64,000 bases of DNA, from the NCBI GenBank assembly GCA_009602735.1, contig WELA01001462.1, positions 384,921 to 448,920 on the forward strand, written 5' to 3'. The DNA is from Mesotaenium endlicherianum. Lineage: Eukaryota. This document shows positions 38,556 to 49,388 of the stretch, piece by piece (positions within the stretch are counted from its first letter, which is position 1; every line of letters begins with the position of its first letter). The translations under genes and the position numbers were made by a program. Under the pieces are notes generated by a model. That model saw only the letters and a program-made list of their open reading frames with translations. It was not told where the DNA came from and ran no database searches.

Positions 38556-39297
38556 CTCCGCAAATGAAAGGGCCAGAGTGCCCTAGTGGAAGCGTAGTAA
38601 CTCACGAGGGTAAGAACTAGTTGCAATCATACTAGTTCTTTAGTAGTGGCATATTACTAAGAAAGCTTAGGAAAATTACTCAACAATTTTAGCGGCAAGA
38701 AATTGCTCACAAATGATGTAGGATGAAAGGCCTTGTCATTACCAACTCGTAGAAGTTTACAGAAGTGAAAACTAATAAGAAATGAAGAAGTTATGCCTAT
38801 TTATAATTTTCACCCTAAGTGCTCCTCTCTAGGAGGAAGCTACGGATTTTTCTAAGTGTTTGTCAAATCGTCCCTGCCAGAATATTCGTGAGTAAGCCAG
38901 ATCAGTCTCATCTGACGTGTCAGGCCGACTTGACGTCCACATACATGCATCGACATTACTATAATATTTTATCTTAGACGCGCTAGGCAAAACCGAAATT
39001 TCTAGGTAAATCGACCTAGTCGGCACTCCGCGTCAGCCGAACTTACGTGAAGGTTCAAGTTCATTCTAACGGGCCAGATCGCTCGACGCTGTCGGTCAAT
39101 CCGATGGTCGCGCTCACCGCGAATTAAGGACAGTCGTCAATCGACCTCAAAACTAATTGAACTTCGGAAATCCATAACTCTCTCAATACATGACCAAATG
39201 TTATGAACTTTATATCAAAATGACCACAAAAATACACTCTATACTAATATACAATCAAAATATACTTTCATAAAACTCAATAATGCACTTCATAAAC

Positions 39298-40760
39298 CTA
39301 TGACCTTACATCATCCCCCTCCTCAAGATGCGACGTCCTCGACGCATTCTGCAAATAGCGTCTCAACTTACTCTTACGATGAGTCAAGTTGGCCTCTGGC
39401 TCCCAAGTGTTGTCGTCCGCATGGTAGCCCTTCCACTTGACCAGATACTCTTGAACAAGTCGTTGACCTTGCTTGACTCGTCGATCGCCGACAATCGCCT
39501 CCACTTCATATTCCAACACATCATCGATCTTGACCGATGGTGGCGGTGTTGGTAGTCGTCCTGGATGTCCTTCATTCGGGTCAACGTATGGCCGCAAACA
39601 ACTGACATGGAACGCATCATGGATACGCCAGCCTACAAAGGGACTTGTAAACCGTGCCCGCAGTTTCCTCTTGCCTGTGAAAGGTAGGTTCTCTGTGGAC
39701 AAGAGTACTTTGTCGCCCACATGGAATGTCACTTCCCTCTTGTGCTTGTTAGCATGCTTGACTTGCTCTTCCTATGCCTTCCGAATACACGTCTTCGCCA
39801 TATCCCAAGTGTTAGCCATCTGCTCCATAAAAGCTTGTGTAGGAGGAACCTGAGTCTCCTTGGCCTTCTCCAACAAGACGTTCCCTGGATGATATAGTTC
39901 TCGCCCATAAACCATACCAAATGGTGACTGCTTGGTGGATCTCTGCATGCTGTTGTTGTAGGCAAACTCCAACCCTCGCAGCTTCTTGTCCCACTTTGAA
40001 GGGTCTTGCATAGTGAAACTCCTGAGCACCTCTTGCAGAGTTCTGTTGAGCCTCTCACTCTGCCCGTCTGTCTGAGGATGATAGGAAGTGCTCATACTCA
40101 GCTTGGTCCCTATCAAAGTAAACAATGACCGCCAAAAGTTGCTAGTGAACCTTAGATCCCGATCTGGAACAATCACCTTCGGCAACCCATGTAGTCAAAA
40201 AATATGATCGAAGAATAGCCGTGCCACATCTGCTGCCGTACAAGTCTCTTTCATGGAAATGAAGTGTGCCATCTTGCTGAGTCTCTCAGATACAACCCAT
40301 ACTGCATCATGCCCTTGACCACTAACTGGTAACGACGTGATGAAGTCCAAAGCAATCTGCTCCCAAGGATACTCTGGAATAGGTAGGGGCTGCAATGTAC
40401 CTCCCTTCTTTTGATTTGGTGTCTTGTTTCTCTGGCACGCATCGCAACTCCTGATCCACTCCTCGATGTCCTTGTCCATATTTCTCCAATAGTACTCTCG
40501 CTTCAGCACGCTTGCCGTCTTCTCGCTTCCAAAGTGTCCAGCATATAAGCAGTCATGATGCACCGCAAGTAGTAAGTCTCGTAGCTCCTTGATGTCACGT
40601 ACCACCACTCTCTTGGAATCACCATAATACCATATGCCGCTCTTCTGCATACTCGAGTTGGACTCAGCTGCTCCACCATCAGCAAATTCTGGATCCTCTT
40701 CATAACCTCTCTGAAGCTTCTCCTTGAAGTCCATACTCTCCTTGATGACCGAGACAGCTG
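39298..40760 (-). pseudogene. Second copy of integrase plus chromodomain (5'-truncated)
   Basis: Near-duplicate of 35829-37340. Homology ends at CAGCTG (40755-40760). Short deletion after the GPF motif. Confidence 0.93.
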
Positions 40761-41471
40761 GGATGTACATTCGCCCAGGCTGTTAGGCTTCACGCTTGCT
40801 CCATCTGATGACCTGGCCAGGGCCACCGAAACAAGGTACATCTCCTTCACCTGATTCGCCCTGCATAGCTTCTTAACTTGCAGGCTCGACAGAAGACAGT
40901 TACTTGTGGTCGTATCTACCTCCACCTGTTTCGCTGTCTCCATTCGACCATCACGCCCTTGGACCTTCACTTGTCTTGTGCTCCAGTGCACGTGAGGGTT
41001 GGCTTTCCTCAGCCATGGTCGGCCCAATATCACCTCATGGTGACCCAACTCTGCCTGCTCCATAACTTCAGTATTTTGGTGCCCCGCTACTTCCACGTGA
41101 ATAGCTTCCGTAGGTGCACCACACTTGAGTCTCTGCCCATTCGCCAAAATTGCCTCCTTAGGCTCATAATGCTTCTGCACAGGGATTTGCCACTATTTCA
41201 CCAGCTTCTTGTGCACAAAGTTTGCACTTGCGCCACTGTCGACCATACACTTTGCCTTGTTGCCGTCGACCACTCCTTCCACGATGATAGGCTTGTCAAC
41301 ATCTCGTCCTTCGCTTCTCGGCAGGCTCCTGGGGATAACCTCCTTGTGAGTTCTTGTCTTCACGCAAATAGACACTCCAGAACGACTTACTGGCGTCCTC
41401 CTTTTTCCTGCTGTTGAGGTTGCTTCGCCTTCACATGACAATCTCGAGCCAGATGTCCAAGCTTGCCACAA
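40761..41471 (-). pseudogene. Retroviral-type aspartic protease
   Basis: CMVDSGASANFV...LANG...EVILGRPWL; one in-frame stop. Confidence 0.9.
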
Positions 41472-42418
41472 TTATAGCAGGGTCCTCTCGGCTTGAAATT
41501 CTGCTGCCTGCACTGGTACTGCACGAGTCCCAACTCCATAGGTATTGGACCTTGTCCACTCGTGCTTGGCGCTTGAGATCCAAAGTGTCGATATCCTCCA
41601 AAGTTGTGGCTGCCCCACTGCCTCTGACTATACTCCACAGCGTCGACCCTCGTTGCCAATGCCATCATTTCTCCAAGACTGGTAGGGTCCTTGAGCGCCA
41701 CTTCCTTGGCCACAGTTGGCTTGAGTCCCCTCTTGAACTTGTCCATCATCTCCGACTCGTGCATGGATGGACATTGAAGCACCAGCTTGTTGAAGCGTGA
41801 TACATACTCCTGAACGCTTCCTTGTTGACGAAGGCGCACTAATAGATCTCAAGCGGTAGCCTCGGGTGCAATAGGTTGAAATTGCCTCTTCAAGCCTACA
41901 AATAGCTGATCAACAGTAGCAGGAACTCCAGACAGCTGCTCTTCTTGTTCATACCAAGCTCCAGCACTCTTCTGCAGCAAAGTTATGACAAAGGCGACTT
42001 GCCTGTCGAGCGTGAGCGCAGAATACTCCATAAACTTCTTCACTCCAAAAATCCATTGATGAACAGGCGGCGATCCACTCTCTCCAGTATAAACTTCAGG
42101 TTTAGCCGAATGCACTCCCGATGCGGGTGGAATAACTGGTTGCACCACTGGGTTAACATGAATTGGTGGCACAATAGGTGCAGGTGCCAAACTCGTCGAA
42201 GCGGCGTTTTCCATAATAACTCGCACCATTCTCTCCACCTCCTGGCGCATGTTTTGTTGAAACTGTGTATAGACTTCTCCTCCAATTGCGTTTCCCATTT
42301 GCCTGAGCATTGCCTGCATCTCTTGTTGCTCTCTAGTCATCGTTGGTGCTGCCTGCTGCCCCGCGCGCTCAACATGCTGGACATGTTCGCCTCCTCCAGC
42401 TGCCGGCTGCGACTCCAT
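41387..42418 (-). pseudogene. gag with CCHC zinc knuckle and one in-frame TGA at 41849-41851
   Basis: KPEVYTG..WI; LRQQGSVQEYVSRF; FKRGLK; PMELG; CYNCGKLGHLARDC. Confidence 0.92.
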
Positions 42419-43205
42419 AATATAATATGCAAACTAGCCCAGCTCCGATACCAAATGAAAAGGGCAGAGTGCCCTAGCGAAAGCGTAGTGACTCACGAGA
42501 AAAAGAACTAGTTGCAATTATACTAAAGAGTGCAGCAGCATATCACTAAGAAAGCTTATGGAAACTACTCAGCATTTTGAGTGGCAAGAAAGTGCTCACA
42601 GAGTCACAAATGACTAGGATGAAAGACCTCGTCATTCCAAAACCGTAGAAATTTACAAAAGTGAAAATTGCTAAGAAATGAAGAAGTTATGCCTATTTAT
42701 AGTTTTTTGCCTAAATGCTCCTCTCTAGGAGGAAGCTACAGAATTTCCTAAGTGTTCGTCAATTCGTCCCTTCTTGAATATTTGTGAGTGAGCCAGATCA
42801 GTCTCATCTGACGTGTCGGGTCAAATTGACGTCCACATACATGCATCAACATTACTAGAATATTCTATCTTAGGCGCGCTAGGCGAAACCAAAATTTCTA
42901 GGTAAACCGACCTAGTCGGCACTCCGCGTCAGCCAAAATTACGTGAAGGTTTGAGTTCACTCTAACGGCCCAGATCGCTCGACGCCGTCGGTCAATCCCA
43001 CGGTCGCGCTCACCGCGAACTAAGGACTGTAATAACCGACCTCAAAACTAATTAAATTTCAGAAATCTGAAACTCTCTCAATACTTAACCAAATTCGATG
43101 AACTTTATATCAAAATAACCACAAAAATGCACTCTACTCTTTTATGCAATCAAAACATACTCTTATGGAACTCAAAAATGCACTTTATAAAGCTATGACC
43201 TTACA

Positions 43206-43870
43206 GCATGCGTAACAGGAAAGACTCCTTCTGAACTCAGTCTGGGTAGAGTCCCTAAGTCTCCTTTAGATGTGCTAGGGGAGTCTTTAACTCACCCTGA
43301 GGGGATTGACAACCCGATGTCTCTCCAGTTAACTCAGGAGTTTGCTGACACCCAGTCAGAAGTCCAACAAAACCTGCACAAAGCCCAAGAAAATTATCAA
43401 AATATGCTAATCAACACCGTGGGAAGCTGACATTTTCTAAGGGCGATTTGGTCAAACTGCATTCTCAACACCTGTACCTGCCTGGTGTGGTCAAAAAAAA
43501 GCTTGTGCCAGTTTGGGTCGGTCCCTTTTCGGTGGTGTACCGTGTCGGTCAGAATGCTTACAAATTGAACATGTCAGCGGATTACAAGGGTCACCCAGTC
43601 TTTAATGTCTCTTTCCTAGAACCATACATCAAGGGTGACACTCTATTTTCGGTTGGTTACCTGTCCAACCGGGATCGAACCCCGCTGTCCGGGATGGTGA
43701 CCCTGAGGAACATGAGATTGATGAGATTTTAAAAGCTCGCTCTGTCCATCAATCATCTAAATATGTCATGACATACCAGGTCAGGTGGAAGGGTTACAAT
43801 GCCTTTGGGGACACTTGGGAATTTAAGGTCCATTTGACCAATGCCAAAGGGGCGTTGATACGGTTTGACC
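43206..43870 (+). pseudogene. Integrase C-terminus and chromodomain of a different Gypsy family
   Basis: TGKTPSEL..; KKLVPVWVGPF..YKL..HPVFNVSFLEPY; HEIDEILK..YQVRWKGY...TWE. Confidence 0.88.
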
Positions 43871-44257
43871 TTCGAGAGGTTGGGACACCTCCCTAACTGT
43901 CATTTCAGTTGACATGGGAAGGTGACAGATTGTCCTGTCTCCATTTAAGTTGGAGGGGAAATGTGGCCAAACGTGGCCGAAAGTGACAGTTAGTAACAGA
44001 AAACAACTGTAGTTGACAGTAAGTGACAATTGTGACAGGCAGCCCACCTTGAACATTAAGTTGGAGGGAGTGGGATAAACATCTCGGGAACTAGCCGATT
44101 GCCGTTACATATCCATCCTCCATACTCAACTGCGCTCACACTCACTTCTCGCACAAGCACACTCACACTTTCAGTTTACTTACACCAAGTATTGCATGCT
44201 ACAACTCCCACTACTACGTTCTCACCTGTCAAGGTACTCAATTCGGTGCATGAAATC

Positions 44258-45960
44258 ATGACTACACTAACTCAATTGTGGTATGAATGAGCAGGATGAA
44301 TCAAAAGTCTGAACTCAAGAGGAAAAAGAAGGGCGAACAAGGCGCAGGCGGAGTACAAGGAGTTCCATGGCGACATCGAATCATCCTCCATCTCTTCTTG
44401 AAAATCAGAGCGACTTCGACTGCAACAAGAGGCTCAGAAGAGGAAGGAGGAGTTAGAATAGGCCAGGCTGAGACAGGAGGAGCAGGAAAGAAAAGCTGCA
44501 GAGGAAGCCAAGAAGGCGGAGGAACAAAGGTTGGCTGAGGAGAGGCGGAAGCAGCAAGCTGAGGAGGAACAGAGCATAATCAGAAGCTACCGCTACACGG
44601 TGATGGGCAAGGGCTTTGACCTCTTGGAGAAAGCTTTCAAGTACGCCTAGAGAAGCCGAATTGAGTCTCAGAAGGACATGCTGCAGCGGGATGGGGAGAC
44701 GTCCCAAAGTTTTGACAAGTACATAGAGGTCAGTACAGGGCTTTTATTGTACCATGACTATGCCAGGATGGTGGGATATACGATCTAGGCCAAAGCATTG
44801 GCCCGGATAGGTGAATCTGAAATGGTGCCAATATCTGGGATCTGGGGCACAGACAGGGTCATCAGGTTGATCCCTATGCATACAAACAGCTTCAAGGATG
44901 CCACTTTCCACAATCGGTTCAAGGCTATGTATAACAAGATGGAGAGAAGAAGCTGGGAGTTCTTGGCAAGGTAGACCAGCCACTTGGATTTCTCAGGTCA
45001 CTGGTACCCCTGTACTTTGAAGAGGACAGATCTTGCCCTCTTTCTGCAGCCCACTGACTGGCGCTGGATGACCATCACCATCAACGACCAGCAAAATGAC
45101 AAAGCTGAGGAAGACGATGCCCTGGCAGACTTGCAGGGGAAGATAGTGCTACCACCTCACATTGCAGCGTGGGACCCAAGACTCGATGGAGTCAGGGACT
45201 GCATGAGTCAGGAGACACAGAAGGATAGGACTAGGGCTAGAGATTCCTTCTCTAAGGGGAAACATGCTTATGCCAAATGGGCAAGTAAGCAAGGGGAGAA
45301 AGACCTATATGTTGTCAGGACCCAGCAACCCCCACCGGCACCCAAAAGGGGGAGGTCAGTGGTATACTCATTTTCTCGAGAACGGCTTGAGGAGATGACC
45401 AGAGAGACTCCAAAAGTCTCAGAGGATCACAAGGACAAAGAGGAGGAAGGCGCCGGAGAGTAGTCTAGTCCTGCTGAGGCATAGACCCCCGCTACATCCC
45501 CCACTCTACAGCACACTGAAAGGGCCTTTGCACAGGCAGCCCTGCAGCTTGGGGATACCAGCCCACCCACGAATCCAGAGCTTCAGTGGCTGGGAAGGTT
45601 CAACAGGAGGAGTCCCACCCAGGAGGTGACACTCAGTCGGATAAAGCAAACAGAAGGGCTGCCAAGGAGGCAGCCAGAGGGCAGCCAACATCCCCCTCTC
45701 ATAGAGGACATGTACCCTTAGCCCATGTCATGCAGCACCCCTTCGATATGCCAGTGTATGTCCCTGTCAGTTTGAGAGCTGCACAGGAGAGAGCGATCTC
45801 CATCAACTTGCAGACAATGCAAGAGCAGGCTGCCCAGTTGCTGCGTTCACCCCTTGGTTCACCCTGGTCTGAGCCCCCAAGTTTCAGGAGGCCATCAGAC
45901 AGGAGAAGGAGATCCAGTTCCAGGTCTCGCTCCCCAGAAGATAGAGCCCCTGGTACTGAT
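44258..45960 (+). pseudogene. Degraded extra 3' ORF of unknown function between chromodomain and PPT
   Basis: One frame from ATG 44258 to about 45600, broken only by TGA/TAG stops. Includes an E/K/R/Q coiled-coil (44410-44575) and the ORF 44984-45463, followed by a Ser/Arg-rich tail. Confidence 0.6.
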
Positions 45961-46066
45961 ATTGCCTTTGTTTTAGTATCAATTGGTTGTGTTGCATGTG
46001 TGTTACTTTGTTGTAAATAATAATAGGAAGTGTTGTCAAGTCGAAAACAATTTAGGTTGGAGGGAT

Positions 46067-46830
46067 TGTAACGAATCAGTATATTGGATAGATATAATAT
46101 TCATTTAATTATAATAGTTAAATATTTTCAACCTGCTTAGCTTTAGTTAACATTAAGTCTGCTGGATATTCAATACTTAGTTAAATGACTCAGCCGAGAG
46201 CAGTAGGCTGAAGTCAATTAGGTCAGCCTGTTGACTTGGGTCAGCTTGCTGACTCATTCTTTGACAGTCAGCTAGCTGCCGTACTCGGCAGCAGCGAACT
46301 GCCTAGCTATGTATCTAAGTGTGGTGTGCTAGATGAGTGGCGAGATGACACCCTTAAGGTGGATGGCAATTCGGGATGATGGGAGATGGCTGTGGATTTG
46401 GTTAGCCGAGGTCCTACCAACGTGGTTAACTCCCGGGTAGGCGGTGCCATCGCACTTGCCGTTGAACAGTAAAGTCATTCCATATACATATGCTAGGTAT
46501 TGCTCTCAAGTTCGGCATTCGGAAACGAGGCCAACTCCCTTGTACTGCTTATTGAGAGATATCTGAATCCAAGGCGAAAAGCCATTGATAAGCACTGTCT
46601 TCTAGCCTTGCTTATGTATGAGTTTACTGATTCCATTATTGATGCTAGTTTACTTGCATTTGACTTGCGAGTATTGTTCACTGCTAGTGTGTTGTCCTTT
46701 GCTGCTTAATCAGTTAAAAAATACCATAAAGATTACTCGCTGATATAAAGATCTTCATTAATTGTTAATCGCCTGTTGGTAAGTCTGTTGTGCGTTAAGA
46801 GATCGGGTGCGCATTGTCGGCATAAGCAAC
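46067..46830 (+). mobile_element. 3' LTR of the plus-strand Gypsy element (right end approximate)
   Basis: PPT-like AGGTTGGAGGGAT is followed by TGTAACG at 46067. The terminal CA was not identified with certainty. Confidence 0.55.
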
Positions 46831-49388
46831 ACACAATAGACAAGCAGGCTTTGCTGCAATGAAGTCTATAATACAAATGGCTTTATAGCCAAAAAGGGAG
46901 TCAAGTGTCAAATGTTTTAATTAAGGGAAGTGTACTCTCCAGAGTGAGCACCTCAAGACTGTAATCTGGTAGGAAAACAACTAAGGAAATATGGCCCAAA
47001 AGATCACTGGAAGCACATCATGATCTTCAGAGTAGTCCTATGGCAAGGGCTTAAGCTGTGACTTTGCTCACTACTTGTGAAGTTCTTCAAGTGACTGGAA
47101 GCCCTGGAGGGCTTGCTCTTCACAAGAGAGTAACTCAGCGGTCCTGAAAACACAAGAGATAAAAGTTTAAACTTTACTGATAATCTCTGTTACTTACACC
47201 TGGCATAATGGACTTCTAAAAGATGTCTCTTCTAGGGACATCTCTAGTACTTATACTCCTGGAAATCCGGCGGGGTATGCGGCGGATCCAATGCATGTAG
47301 TCACTCTAGGAGGCTCTCCTATGTCCACTAATGTGTACAAGGCATGTACTAGCACTCCTATAGGCTAAGCATAACTCAAACCAATCAAAGCAAGGTGCGT
47401 AGGATATGCTATGTGTCTCTCATTGGCCGAGCTTACCTTGGGTAATTCTACCTAGATAGCGCCTCAAAAGTGGATCTGGAAATTGAGGAAGCTTCCTCTA
47501 GGAGTAGGTGATGCAGTCACCAAGTTATAGCCTCAATGATGCACATATACTATGGAAATGCAAAGCTTATGTAGGCTAAAGGGCTCGCAGATTTGTGCGC
47601 ACAAGCTAGGAGTTTTAGGGGGTCACGAATAGGCAAGAATGTGTCCCTTGTGCACATTGAAACACAAATTGCCCTTTGGTGAGGATCTGCTAGGGGCCGG
47701 TAGATGACGCGGACTAGATCGCTCATATCTCGCTCGATACTTGACCAAATGACGCGAACCCGGTGCCATTCGGAAGGTGACTCGACGCGCTACACTTTGG
47801 TGACTTGGAAATTGAGAAAAGGTCAACGTATGGATGCGTAAAGTCTATGCAAAGTCGGCCTTCCTAGGTTGATGGTTCACACATGTGGAGCTCGGTTTCG
47901 TGCGGCAACCTCGACTCAATAAATCATGACAAGTCGATTCATTTTAACCACCTACTTTTGTCGTTTCACCACTTGCACATTGCCCGGAGTTTCACTGCTT
48001 TCGACCCTGCTAGGCCAATCTGGGAGATATATCACCAAGGCTAAAGAAATAATATACATATTTGACAATAGTTAGCTACTTTGCCTTAAAGATCTTGCTC
48101 ATGCTGCTTAAGACTAGTGTTGAGTGTTGATGTCAGCAGTATTGTCTGAGACCGCCATGGCCCTAGGGAGGGTGGTAGGTTGCTAGTCGATGGGAATGGA
48201 CAGTGAAAACTGACAATTTTGTGTGAAGATCGAAGTGCTAGCGTTCAACATCGACTGCTTGATTGCCAATAGGCAGGGCACGTGCGATTGGCTTCGACGC
48301 GCATAGTCACATGTACTTATCACTAAAGCGTTATGCCTATTCGCATTGTACCCAGTCGCACGTATTTTGCCCACGTTCATCAACCAGTCGACGATGCACG
48401 CTTGACACAACCAATAGTCTTACAAAGATGTCGATCTCCTACCACTCACTCTTGCATCCACGAGCCTATCTCCATAGTGCTCTTGGCACACCTCTACAAT
48501 ATACGCACATGCACCTTCCTAAGCAATTGACAGCATGTGACATTTTCTATAGTATTGTCAAATGTTGAGGAAACATTGACATACTGTTTATGGAAGATGA
48601 GCAATTTTCAACATTTATGGCACTTTTTTGCAAGAAAGCTCTATAAAGTGAAATACAAACGAAGATGGAGATAATGTAGTGCACTCTGTCGGTCTTGAGC
48701 ACTGCATTGTGCTATTGAGACTATCAATGGAAGTTGCCGCATTTGTTTCGAGGCGCGTCACTTTCAGATATTATGCATGTATGGCTCAGCGTCCAAGTTG
48801 ATTCCTTGTGACTTGTCACTTGGAGCGTGACAATGCAGTTATTGATGGGACTCACATCCACAATGTACAGTTCCTACCATTCACTCACAATTGACCATAT
48901 CCGCAAAATTGACCACACCATTGCAGCCGCAAGTGTGTACGGCATATGGAGGCAATATGCACATCTCCCAATAGCAAAACAGGTGTATTCATTCTCAAGC
49001 AATGTCCACTTGGAGATTGTGTCCATGTCAGCAGAGCCTAAGTCCATTCCTAATGAAGGCACCAATTGAGAGCTACTGGCGCTTTAAACAGGCATCCTAT
49101 ATAGCAGGGAATCTTTATGCGGCAGCTCTCAACATTGTATCTAAAGGGGATGCAGACGGCAGCCTCATGACGGACCACAAGTTCCCAGCATTTTCCATAT
49201 CTCTTTCCTGCATGCGCACGGAGGCCAAATGTATCACCCCGGTGGGTTAGCTGACCCTTTAAGAAGAAATTTGCATTACTCGACTGTTAATGAAGCAAGT
49301 GCACAGCAACTACACCCTGATTCTCAAGCTTACCTGATCATTCACAAGCCTTGATAAGTGTTCACATAAGCAAGAAGAATATCATCCT

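Larger units (their letters stand above)
35298..43205 (-). mobile_element. Three-LTR composite chromodomain Ty3/Gypsy locus
   Basis: LTRs at 35298-35841 (truncated), 38565-39310 and 42456-43205. PPT AGGAGGGGGATGA precedes the first two on the minus strand. PBS TGGTATCGGAGC at 42442-42453. Confidence 0.95.

Noticed and set aside
44258..45960. Calling the extra ORF an env gene
   Set aside because: No signal peptide, furin site or TM segment is evident.
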